Shown here in pieces: positions 38,305 to 47,796 of a DNA stretch of 64,000 nucleotides. The translations under genes and the position numbers were made by a program. The notes beneath the pieces are model-generated. The model was not told the origin of the DNA. It did not search any database and saw only the letters and a list, made by a program, of their open reading frames with translations. The stretch spans positions 687 through 64,686 of the forward strand of contig CALMJY010000173.1 in the NCBI GenBank assembly GCA_937864815.1, written 5' to 3'. The stretch's first letter is position 1. Each line of letters begins with the position of its first letter. The stretch comes from an uncultured Bacteroidota bacterium (GTDB lineage Bacteria > Bacteroidota > Bacteroidia > Bacteroidales > VadinHA17).

Positions 38305-38531
38305 CTGGCATTTAGCAATTAAATATCATAGTCTTTTTTTAAAGAAGTAGATGCGATCTGATTGTTACAAAAATAATGTTTTCCCTGATATAATTCGGCT
38401 ATTGTTTCGAAATTAATAAAATACCTGCAATTCAGGTTGTATTTATGATTCTATTGACTATTAACAGATTAACTGAGGAATTTAAAATTGTTATATATCA
38501 AATCACACAAATCCATAAAACCAGGTACTCC

Positions 38532-39728
38532 TTAATTTCCCCGTTTGGCTCGCTCCCAGTTTACTGACTGGGAACTTTTAAGATAACGATTAAGTCCGAG
38601 AAATACAGAAAGATTCATAATGAAAAAATAAAATGGAACAAAAAGAAGTTTAACGCGGATAAACCTGTTCTCAAGATACCAGCCAAGCAGGGCTGACAGA
38701 TAGAAAATAACCTGAAGCCAGAAGAGAATACTGTACAAACCGGGGTTGAACAATCCTTCATTTATTGCAAGAAAAAAACCTGCAGGGAAGAGCAGCAGAA
38801 GACAAATGGGAGTGATGGTCCAGCGCAGTACCCTGTGAGAAATATACTGAAACGATAAGGTACCATACCTGAAAACATTCAGAAGGGATCTAAGTCTGAT
38901 AACAGACTGAATCCCTCCTGCAGAGATCCTGATCTTCCTTTTGAGTTCTTCCTTTACATTGGCTGATGCAGTCTCCATTGCATAAGCTTCCGGATCATAC
39001 TGGATTGTATAACCCTCCTGGGCAACTCTGAGAGATATTACAAAATCATCAAGTAGAGTGTCCTTTTCAACCTCACGGTAAAGATCAGTCCGAATGGCGA
39101 AGAGTTCACCTGCAGCACCAACAACAGAATACAGTTCCGCATCCCATTTCTTTAGTGTTGACTCATACCTCCAGTATAATCCTTCACCTGCCCCTGCTGC
39201 AGCATCCTTTTCCTTATTAAATATCCTCTTTTCACCTGATACGCATCCAACTTTCTCATCACTGAAGAGGTCGACAATTCGCCGGATTGAAGAACTGCCC
39301 AGCATTGTATTTGCATCACTGAAAACCACATAGGGTGTTTTTACAAGCTTAATTCCCCTGTTCATGGCTGCAATTTTACCATTACGGTCAGGAAGGTGGT
39401 AGACTTCCGCTTCAGGGTATTTTTTAAGCAGATCGGGGGTTCCGTCATCAGATCCATCAGTAACCCAGACTATATGAAGTTTTTCAGCCGGATAGTCAAG
39501 CTCCAGTGAGTTCTTCATTTTCATTTCGACATAGTCTTTTTCGTTATAAGCCGCAATGAAAAGAGTAACTTCAGGTTCGAATCCGGGATTTGCAATTCTT
39601 TTCCTCTTTAATCCCAATAAACGTCTGACCCTGACAATGAAGTATAGTACTATTCCATAACCGACATATGTATAAAACACTATGAACAGCAGTAACCAGA
39701 AGAGAATTTCCAATATGACCATAAGCAT
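38532..39728 (-). CDS. Family 2 glycosyltransferase with membrane-spanning C-terminus (processive synthase-like)
   Basis: It has AAYNEKDY..VTDGSDDGT..FSDANT..GAAGELFAIR..RKIRISAGG flanked by TM segments. Confidence 0.82.
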   Translation of the reverse strand: MLMVILEILFWLLLFIVFYTYVGYGIVLYFIVRVRRLLGLKRKRIANPGFEPEVTLFIAAYNEKDYVEMKMKNSLELDYPAEKLHIVWVTDGSDDGTPDLLKKYPEAEVYHLPDRNGKIAAMNRGIKLVKTPYVVFSDANTMLGSSSIRRIVDLFSDEKVGCVSGEKRIFNKEKDAAAGAGEGLYWRYESTLKKWDAELYSVVGAAGELFAIRTDLYREVEKDTLLDDFVISLRVAQEGYTIQYDPEAYAMETASANVKEELKRKIRISAGGIQSVIRLRSLLNVFRYGTLSFQYISHRVLRWTITPICLLLLFPAGFFLAINEGLFNPGLYSILFWLQVIFYLSALLGWYLENRFIRVKLLFVPFYFFIMNLSVFLGLNRYLKSSQSVNWERAKRGN

Positions 39729-39748
39729 TGTACTAATATTGAATTATA

Positions 39749-39928
39749 ACGCGTTGTGCGGTTGACAATTAAATAAAAGAGTCTGTAATTGGTCGATAAC
39801 TATGTTAAAACTCAAATAAATAATCTAATCTTCTCATATTCTTGCAATTACCCCCTTCCCGGCCTTCCCCCTGCGCCTTCGTCCCGAGTACTCGGGACTT
39901 CGGCGGAGCAAGGCAGGGGGAAGGACGT
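39749..39928. mobile_element. MITE-like element, internally deleted copy (180 bp) inside the EPS operon
   Basis: The first ~130 nt are near-identical to 29999..30130. A 10-bp direct repeat TTGAATTATA sits at 39739-39748 and 39929-39938. Of the right TIR, only the terminal ACGT remains. Confidence 0.8.
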
Positions 39929-39939
39929 TTGAATTATAC

Positions 39940-41067
39940 TCATTTTATTAAAAAATCCTTATAGTGCTTTTCGATATCTCTAACCATACCTTCCACTGTG
40001 AATCTTTCCAATATTGTTTTCCTTGCATTTTCTGAAAGTCTTTTTGCCAGTACTTTGTCATTATGTACAGTAAGAATTGCTTCTGCAAATTTACCCGCAT
40101 CTTTAACAGGAAAGAGAATTCCATTAAAACCTTCTGATATTATCTCGCTGGTACCATCCACATGTGTTGCAACTACAACCTTTCCCATCGACATGGCTTC
40201 AAGAACACCGATGGGTAAACCTTCCCATAATGATGGAAGACAGTAAATATCAGCCGCCTTGAGAATGGCAGGGACATCCTGTCTGAAATTCTCAAGGATA
40301 ATATTTGCTTCTAAATGGCTTTCTTTAACAATATTAACGACCTCCTCTTTAAGATCCCCTTCTCCAACCATAAGAAGCACGACATCCTTTGTTCTTTCAA
40401 GAATAATCTTCATAGCCCTTATGAGAGTTAAGGGATCTTTCTGAGTGGTTATCCTGACTATGTAAACAATTAGTGTTTTATTCTCTCCTATACCAAATTC
40501 TTTTCTGATATCACTGTAATGGTTGTCAGGATTAAACTTATCTGTATTTATCCCGTTGTAAATAACAAGTGATCTTTTCATATTCCATCCTTTCACTCCG
40601 TCAGCCTGATTACTATTTGATACACAGATTACAGAATCGGAAACCGAAGTGAGAAAACGTTCAGAGAGTTTCCTTATTAATTTTACCACAGGTTTCTGAT
40701 CCTGATGAAAGGACCATCCATGAACCGTATAAATGAGTGGCAGTTTAAGTTGTTTAGCCGGGGAAAAAAGATTTGAATTTGCCCTTGTGCCATGGGCATG
40801 AATAATATCAATATCGAGTCCTTTAATAAGTTGCTTCACTCTTTTCCATACTCTCCAGTCGAATCCTCTTTCTGTTTCAATCACATGAACATCTATGCCA
40901 TGATCCCTTAACTGGTCAACCATTGGGCCGTAAGTAAAACTAAGTACAACCGGTTCAAACACGGACCGGTCAATTTTTGAGACCAGCTCCAGAACATGGG
41001 TTTCTCCTCCGCCAATGTTTCCCTGTCTTATAGCTTCCAGCACACGTATTTTTTTCATATCACTCAT
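39940..41067 (-). CDS. GT4/GT1-type glycosyltransferase
   Basis: It has an N-terminal GGxE-type motif (NIGGGETHV) and a C-terminal EGLPIGVLEAMSMGKVVVAT. Confidence 0.88.
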   Translation of the reverse strand: MSDMKKIRVLEAIRQGNIGGGETHVLELVSKIDRSVFEPVVLSFTYGPMVDQLRDHGIDVHVIETERGFDWRVWKRVKQLIKGLDIDIIHAHGTRANSNLFSPAKQLKLPLIYTVHGWSFHQDQKPVVKLIRKLSERFLTSVSDSVICVSNSNQADGVKGWNMKRSLVIYNGINTDKFNPDNHYSDIRKEFGIGENKTLIVYIVRITTQKDPLTLIRAMKIILERTKDVVLLMVGEGDLKEEVVNIVKESHLEANIILENFRQDVPAILKAADIYCLPSLWEGLPIGVLEAMSMGKVVVATHVDGTSEIISEGFNGILFPVKDAGKFAEAILTVHNDKVLAKRLSENARKTILERFTVEGMVRDIEKHYKDFLIK

Positions 41068-42257
41068 TTTAATTTTCCTGATGAAGTATGCCTTGTATGA
41101 ATGAATTGTTTATTGGCACCTTTGACCTTTAATAACGACTTAAACATTAACCACATACCTCCCGGAAGTGAAGCCAGAGCTTTTAGAGTTGTTGCATTAT
41201 AGAAAGATCGTGGCACAGAGAAAACAAAAACCATGACACATGTTACAAATAATAATAACCACAAGTAATTAAATGTAAGAATGTTATCAGTCAATAAATT
41301 ATAAACTATAAAAACAGCTGTTAAGAGAATAACAGATCCAAGCAGCAAAACCCTTGGAGGCTGGATCATCTGAAGTGATTTATCAAAATAGTCAATATTC
41401 CCACTAATTATGAGTTCTTTCAAAGAGTCAGAGAATGACTTCCTGAAGTATATTATCTGGGCTGACAACCAACGTTTTCTCTGATTATGGAATACTTCAG
41501 CCTGTTGCACCTTTTCATCAAGAACACAGGCATCATCAAGGAATTCTATTTTATACCCGTCTTTCAGCATTTTAAGTTCAAGCTCCTTGTCAATTCCTCC
41601 AACAGCTTTTACATCTGACATCAGTTCTTTGAAGAACCTGTACCGGAATGCCATGCCTGACCCGATAATTGCTGATGAAAGTCCCAGAACACGGTGTCCC
41701 TTCCTGAAGATATGATTATTAATCTCTTCGCTTGCAGCATCAAGAACAGCCATAGAATTGTTCATATTCTTAGCCACCCTGTGACCCTGGACAACCTGAA
41801 AATCCTTTTCAAAAAGAGCATTAATCTTCCCAAGAAAACCTCGCTCCATGAGATTGTCGGCATCGAGCACCAGGGCTATCTCATAATCCTCCGGAAGTTG
41901 CTCCATTGCCTTGTTAAGGGCTTTAGCTTTGGTACTCTTTTCAAATACAACTTCAATTACTTTCAGAGGAAGTGCCCTCAATTTAACCAGGGTGTCGTTC
42001 TTAAATGAATCGGCTATTATTACAACATCATAATATTCCGGTGGATAATCCTGAAGAAGAGCATCTTTCGCAACTTCTATGATAACTTCATCCTCTTTGT
42101 AACCGGGTATCATCACAGCAATTTTCCTGAAACGGGTTACTGCAGGGTAGGGGGGCTGTTTATAGAATAATCCGGCAAAAGCAAAAACGAATATATATAA
42201 GGTTGCCTGGCCAAGAGCAAGGAGAAATACTATTTGTATAATATTTATTATCTGCAT
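41064..42257 (-). CDS. Family 2 glycosyltransferase, membrane-anchored
   Basis: It has MIPGYKEDEV..LVLDADN..QRKRW and TM segments at both ends. Confidence 0.82.
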   Translation of the reverse strand: MQIINIIQIVFLLALGQATLYIFVFAFAGLFYKQPPYPAVTRFRKIAVMIPGYKEDEVIIEVAKDALLQDYPPEYYDVVIIADSFKNDTLVKLRALPLKVIEVVFEKSTKAKALNKAMEQLPEDYEIALVLDADNLMERGFLGKINALFEKDFQVVQGHRVAKNMNNSMAVLDAASEEINNHIFRKGHRVLGLSSAIIGSGMAFRYRFFKELMSDVKAVGGIDKELELKMLKDGYKIEFLDDACVLDEKVQQAEVFHNQRKRWLSAQIIYFRKSFSDSLKELIISGNIDYFDKSLQMIQPPRVLLLGSVILLTAVFIVYNLLTDNILTFNYLWLLLFVTCVMVFVFSVPRSFYNATTLKALASLPGGMWLMFKSLLKVKGANKQFIHTRHTSSGKLK

Positions 42258-42263
42258 ATCAGA

Positions 42264-43214
42264 TCATTTTTTAACATTTCTCCTTTTACGGATCGTATCT
42301 CTTACTTTCAGAGCAAAATTTCTGAGACGGGGAAAGTATTTTCCACTTTTCATATTATAGAATACTGATTCCGAATCAAAAATCATCTCAAAATTCTCAA
42401 TGCATAAAACTGGCTTTTTTGATATTCTGTTTATCTCAACAGCCTGTGACAGATCGCTCTCAAAAAAAAGAATATAGGGTTTTGACATATAAGCTTTTGC
42501 CTTATGCTGTGCATGACTGTTTGCCTTCTGACGGGCGGCCATATCGGGAAGATCGAGCATTACAAGATCATTGTACTTCACATTGTTGGCCTTAAGCCAT
42601 GACTCTGTCTCTTTCCTGTATTTTTCAAGCCTGGAAGTCACCAGTGTACCAATTCTGACTCCGGGTATAAAAAGTGGCCGGGCATTAAGGAGAAAATTTA
42701 TATATTTTTCCCCGTCATCATTCTCATCAGGTGCGGGATCTTCGCATAAAACACCATCAATATCAAAACAGGCTTTTTCGAGGGATGAATGGTTGAGTAT
42801 ATTCCACTGGAAGTACCTGGGTATTGGTACAGTCTCAAAAAAGTAATCTACAGTTTTTTCCTTTCCTGGTGTCATATAGATTGCGCAATAACTTATATCG
42901 AATGAGGAGGAATAGCTCCTGAGTTTTTCCTTTACCTCATTCATCGCAGCTCCGGAACTTACACTGTCATCAACAACCAGTACTTTTCTGAAATCCTTAA
43001 TGTCGAAAAAACTACCCCTTGCCCCGGCTTTATAAATATGACCATTGATGAAGGAATGGATATCAGTATAAGGTCTGTTAAGATAGAGTGCAAGCAGATT
43101 GGCCGGAAGCATACCGCTGCGGGGAACACCAACAATGAGGTCAAAATCGCGGGGCAGGATACTTAATCTTCTAAGTATAATTTTGTTAATATCAGCCACA
43201 TTTCTGTAATGCAT
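42264..43214 (-). CDS. Phosphoribosyltransferase-domain / HAD-like phosphatase fusion protein
   Basis: It has a type I PRTase PRPP loop, KVLVVDDSVSSGAAM, and then HAD motif I, CFDIDGVLCED. Confidence 0.65.
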   Translation of the reverse strand: MHYRNVADINKIILRRLSILPRDFDLIVGVPRSGMLPANLLALYLNRPYTDIHSFINGHIYKAGARGSFFDIKDFRKVLVVDDSVSSGAAMNEVKEKLRSYSSSFDISYCAIYMTPGKEKTVDYFFETVPIPRYFQWNILNHSSLEKACFDIDGVLCEDPAPDENDDGEKYINFLLNARPLFIPGVRIGTLVTSRLEKYRKETESWLKANNVKYNDLVMLDLPDMAARQKANSHAQHKAKAYMSKPYILFFESDLSQAVEINRISKKPVLCIENFEMIFDSESVFYNMKSGKYFPRLRNFALKVRDTIRKRRNVKK

Positions 43215-43232
43215 ATTTCTTGAATTAACTGA

Positions 43233-44410
43233 TTACTTGATAAGACAGTTATAAATGTTACTTACGTTGTTTTTCCAGGTGTGTGTCTGGGCAAACAGTA
43301 TTCGCTGACGGGTCTTCTCCTCACTGTTTTCGCTCAGAGCTTTATCAACAGCTTCCTGATATTCTGCAATAGAGGAACAGAGATAACAATGATCCCTGAA
43401 GAGTTCCATCGTACCTGTTTTTGTTGCTACAACAGGTTTGCCCATTGCGAGGTATTCATCGACTTTACGTGGATAATTGCCAATAGTTATCTCATTAACA
43501 AGCTGAGGGTTAAGACAAACCTGCAGCGCTGCCATGTATTCCGGGACTGAACTTTTCGGAATGCTTCCGGTAAAATGAACATTTTTCAGTGAATGCAGCT
43601 CATGAGATGCAAAAAGCTTGTCTTCCCTTCCTGTCATAACAAAAGAGTACTGAGGTCTGCTTTTTGCAAGTTCAAAGATCAGGTTTGCATCAAGTCTTGT
43701 ACTGTTAATATCACCTATATAGCCGATTCTTGGTTCAGGAATATTCATCATTGCTTCGGGTACTGAATGGCTTATGGTAGTATCATAGGCCGAGAGATCA
43801 ACTCCCTGCCCTACATCAAAACTTTTCGGGTTGAAGGATGATGCAAATCCTGCCAATTGGGGTGAATTACATACTACCAGATCACATTTACCGATGAGTT
43901 CAGGCTCGAGTCGTGGTGCATGTTTCCTCCAGTAATACATCGGAAGAAGGTTATCTCTTCTGTAATATACTGTCAGTGAGGCAGCAAGATAATCCCCGGA
44001 GTAAAAACTCCGGTAAATATCGTTGTCGATGAAATGTATAAAGTCTTTAAATCCAAGTTCATCTGCCACTTTTTTTACATAATTAAATATCTTCCGGTTA
44101 TTAAGTCTGTTGAAAAAGTCAAATAATATTCCGTCAGGCAAAGCATTCACCGGCCATACTGAAAACGGGAAATCAACAATCCACAGAGTATCAGATATTT
44201 GCCTTAAAGTACTTTTTTTTTTATAACCTCAAGCCTTTGCTTTGTTTCCGGTTTAGGCTTATTTCTGAATGATTCAATAAAGTCTAAAGGAGTATTAAAA
44301 TAAAGTACACGGTTGTCTTTCGAAACCTCACGGGCGATGTCGATGGCATTTGAACCTATGGGAATATCCCAGGGCTGTAGTCCGGTGAATATAAAATCCT
44401 TCCCTTTCAT
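43233..44410 (-). pseudogene. GT1/GT4-type glycosyltransferase interrupted by a frameshift in an A10 tract
   Basis: The N-terminal ORF 44410->44204 ends ..EVIKKKVL*. The second frame is open from 44228 (..KKKSTLRQISDTLWIVDFPFSVWPVNALPDG..) and has no ATG of its own. A11 or A8 would fuse the two frames. Confidence 0.8.
44213..44222. repeat. Homopolymer T10 (A10 in gene sense) at the frameshift site
   Basis: It is ten consecutive T on the + strand. Confidence 0.95.
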
Positions 44411-44446
44411 AATCTGGTATTAATAGTAATATAATAGACAATACAT

Positions 44447-45934
44447 TTACACGCTTTTGAATTCAACCATGGTCTTTTGGTCATTTTGTTCTTCCGTTTT
44501 GCTGTCGAACACTTCAGAACTCATCAGAATTGCCATGGACACTATCATAAGTATGAAAGTCGGATTCTGACTATAAACTGCATTACCATAATTTGCAACC
44601 ATTATACCTGCCATTCCTGAAGCCAGGGCAGCCATTTTGATCTTCAGTTCCGGATCCCTGATCCTGAACATTATCCTTAATGATGATTTAATCAGTACAT
44701 AGAAAAAAATGAACAGAAGGAATACCAGCCCAACAATACCCAGTTCAACCCAAACCAGTACGTAGCCACTGTCTGTCGGCACATGTGAAAGGTAAGCATT
44801 AGGGAGAAATCTCTGAGCCTTTACTCCACCGTGCCCAAGTCCTCCTCCGAAGGGTCGTGTAGCCATATAGTTCTTTAATAACCGCTGGTTAGCAAGACGA
44901 ACCTGTAATGAGATATCATTTGGATCAAATGCTGTTCGCATCCTGCGGATATTTGAATTACCCTGACCTATTGTTGTGAATTTGAAAAAAATAAAAACTG
45001 TTATAATAAGGATAAATCCTGCTGTTGTGACCCATAAGTTCTTTTTCAGAATAAAATAGGTTGTAAATCCCACCAGAGGGACACTGAGAGCTCCCCTGGT
45101 ACCGGAGATGAAAAGACCATAGAGTGCAAGCACTCCCACTACAATAAAAAATATTTTCCTGCGGATTTCTTTCTGTGCTGTAGCGACAATAATTGCCATA
45201 ACAGCTGAATATCCCTGATTGGCACCAAACTGTCCGGCATCGCTCATAAACGAGAAAGCCCTGAGTTTTCCGAAGAGCACATGTGTTTTATAATTCCCCT
45301 CATTCAACCAGGCCTGTTCAAACGGATCAGCTCCGAATCGGACCTGCATAATGCCTTTTAATGTTGCCAGCAGTGAGAAGATTGCCCATAGTAGAAAAAA
45401 AGCATCCAGTTTTCTGTTTGTATTGATAAAAAGCAAAGTAAGTGGTACAGCCAGTATCATATATAACCCCAGTCCTCTTCCTGAAGACCATGCACCCAGG
45501 CTTTGTGCCTCAGGATTAAAAATTTGAAATACCAAATATGCGAACCAGATAGCAGAAAGGTAAGTTATATCCCTTTTTACAGGAGACCAGTCAACTCTCT
45601 CCCTGAACTTATTGAAAATAAGCGCTATATAGGTTATTATCAGAATGGCATCAAAAAATAGTCCGAACTGGATACCGGAAATGTATTTGCCCAGACCCAG
45701 ATAAACAAATGAATAAATAACAGCTGTATATAAGCCAGTTATTGGGTATTTGAAAAGAAAATACATCCACCCTGAAAGAATTGGAAGTACACATAACGCT
45801 GCCAATCCGATAATTCCCATTTTGCTGATAATAAGAGCTGAAACAAATATCACTGACAGCATCATGACAATATATCCAGGCTTAGAAAGCCTGTCAGAAC
45901 CAGTTGCAATATCAAATGGACTTTGCGGATTCAT
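44447..45934 (-). CDS. O-antigen ligase/polymerase-family membrane protein (Wzy-like)
   Basis: It is 495 aa with ~10-12 TM segments and a large loop, and it sits in the EPS locus. Confidence 0.72.
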   Translation of the reverse strand: MNPQSPFDIATGSDRLSKPGYIVMMLSVIFVSALIISKMGIIGLAALCVLPILSGWMYFLFKYPITGLYTAVIYSFVYLGLGKYISGIQFGLFFDAILIITYIALIFNKFRERVDWSPVKRDITYLSAIWFAYLVFQIFNPEAQSLGAWSSGRGLGLYMILAVPLTLLFINTNRKLDAFFLLWAIFSLLATLKGIMQVRFGADPFEQAWLNEGNYKTHVLFGKLRAFSFMSDAGQFGANQGYSAVMAIIVATAQKEIRRKIFFIVVGVLALYGLFISGTRGALSVPLVGFTTYFILKKNLWVTTAGFILIITVFIFFKFTTIGQGNSNIRRMRTAFDPNDISLQVRLANQRLLKNYMATRPFGGGLGHGGVKAQRFLPNAYLSHVPTDSGYVLVWVELGIVGLVFLLFIFFYVLIKSSLRIMFRIRDPELKIKMAALASGMAGIMVANYGNAVYSQNPTFILMIVSMAILMSSEVFDSKTEEQNDQKTMVEFKSV

Positions 45935-45955
45935 GCTTATGGTTTGAAGAATATC

Positions 45956-46846
45956 TTACTTAGGTTTTACAATCTGATCGAACCGCTTCCTGTTTATAAC
46001 TTTTATAAGCCGGAGCTTTATACCATTCAAAAGACCTCCATCCATTACGAGCCTGCGATCGCTGGTCCATACTCTTGATCTTCTGTTGTTAACATACATG
46101 ATCTTGTAACCTGCCTTTTTTATAGAGGATGCCATCATCCCATCTTCACTGTTAGTTACATAGTCAGCGCTTCCCAATTCATTTCTGAACTTGCGGGGTT
46201 TATCCATAATGAAACCATTAGCCTCTAGTCCGATGCTCTTGATAAAACCAAAACTGAAACCCATTACCCTTCGTGCCTCAGTCTTTTTCGATTTAAGTGA
46301 TTTCATTAAGCTTGTCGCTGTTTCATAAAGTGCCATCATAAACCTGCTTTGTCCCTCAGAAGGGATGAATGAATATGAACCATAGATGCATGCCACACCT
46401 TTCTTCTCATTATCTGATAATGCTTTGGTCATGGTTTTGATCCAGTATGGGGGATATGCTGTATCACTGTCGCAGCACAAATGGTATTTTCCGCGGGCTT
46501 CCAGCAAACCTCGTCTCCTGGCGGGTGCAATCCCCTGGTTTGTTTCCAATATTGACCTGACGCCAATATTATCAAGAACAGACTGGGTTTTATCTGTTGA
46601 ATTATTGTTTATAACATACAGTTCACATGGGAAATCATATTCATTGTATGCCAGCGAAGCAATTGTTTTAGCAATATTCTCTTCTTCATTCCAGGCAGAA
46701 ATAACTATAGAGACCAGGGGGTCAGAAACATCAAATTTCTCTAATCGTTTCCTGAGATCCGCAATATCAGCAGCAGAAAGTTTATTAAAGTCGGAAAACT
46801 TCTTCATCAATGCTCTGAGCCAGCCGGGCAAGCGAAAATCTATCAT
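45956..46846 (-). CDS. Family 2 glycosyltransferase
   Basis: It has VSIVISAWNEEENI..NNNSTD..CCDSD. Confidence 0.85.
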   Translation of the reverse strand: MIDFRLPGWLRALMKKFSDFNKLSAADIADLRKRLEKFDVSDPLVSIVISAWNEEENIAKTIASLAYNEYDFPCELYVINNNSTDKTQSVLDNIGVRSILETNQGIAPARRRGLLEARGKYHLCCDSDTAYPPYWIKTMTKALSDNEKKGVACIYGSYSFIPSEGQSRFMMALYETATSLMKSLKSKKTEARRVMGFSFGFIKSIGLEANGFIMDKPRKFRNELGSADYVTNSEDGMMASSIKKAGYKIMYVNNRRSRVWTSDRRLVMDGGLLNGIKLRLIKVINRKRFDQIVKPK

Positions 46847-46876
46847 TTTATTGCTATTTTTTTAAATTATGAAATG

Positions 46877-47770
46877 TTACTTTCTTTTTAAAAGGAGTGG
46901 AAGTTTCAGAATCTTATTCATGCTTTTTTTCACTAGTCTTCTGAATTCACTTATAGGAACAAAGCCCTTCCATGCTGTAAGTTCCAGGTAACTGAAGTAC
47001 ATCTCCTGGTATCTTTTATCGAACTTATAGGTTTTATAAATAGGCTTCCTCCAGATAAAATGGATAAGAGATGCATCAGGGACCCATTCCTCTGCCGACC
47101 AGCTCCATCTTGTATTGAGTTCGAGCCATTTGTTTGCAAAAACCACATTAAGGCCATACTGATCGGGATAATTGGCATACTGACGGTTTTCTTCAATACA
47201 TCTGAATATCGCAGGTGTCAGGTCCTGCTCCCTCCATTTTTTAGTATTCATCAGCAGCAATCCTGTGTTGAAATACCTTGTGGATGCATCGAATCCCAGC
47301 TCTTTGTAGTTTCTCACAGCCGAAGAGCTCCCGAATTCTCTGATTCTTACATCTAAAACTGCCCCGATAATATACCCTCCGAGATCGGTATGCCATAACT
47401 TCGAGATATCATCATTTACTATCATGTCAACATCCATATAAATGACTTTCTCATAACCAACTGGAATGAAATAGGGGATGAACATCCTCATATGTATAAT
47501 CAACGGATATGAGCTGTTGTCGTAAGGAATACTCATCCCTTCAGGTATAACCTGGTCTTTTAAAAGCCAGTGGAATGTAAACATGTGCGGACTTACAGAT
47601 CTTGTAAGTTTTGATCTGTTCTTCACTGAAATACCATCATCAAGAATGAAGAAATGGATATGCTCCTCAGTTCTGTGGTTAACCTCTATGGATTTCACCA
47701 ATCCGGCTAGAAGAGGCATATAATGATTATCACAGGCAACTACTATTACTATTGGTTGATGTGCATCCAT
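46877..47770 (-). CDS. Family 8 glycosyltransferase
   Basis: It has VVACDNHYM.., the DxD motif YMDVDMIV, and ..YFNTGLLLMN. Confidence 0.85.
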   Translation of the reverse strand: MDAHQPIVIVVACDNHYMPLLAGLVKSIEVNHRTEEHIHFFILDDGISVKNRSKLTRSVSPHMFTFHWLLKDQVIPEGMSIPYDNSSYPLIIHMRMFIPYFIPVGYEKVIYMDVDMIVNDDISKLWHTDLGGYIIGAVLDVRIREFGSSSAVRNYKELGFDASTRYFNTGLLLMNTKKWREQDLTPAIFRCIEENRQYANYPDQYGLNVVFANKWLELNTRWSWSAEEWVPDASLIHFIWRKPIYKTYKFDKRYQEMYFSYLELTAWKGFVPISEFRRLVKKSMNKILKLPLLLKRK

Positions 47771-47796
47771 ATTACTTGTAATTCAATAAATGAATA

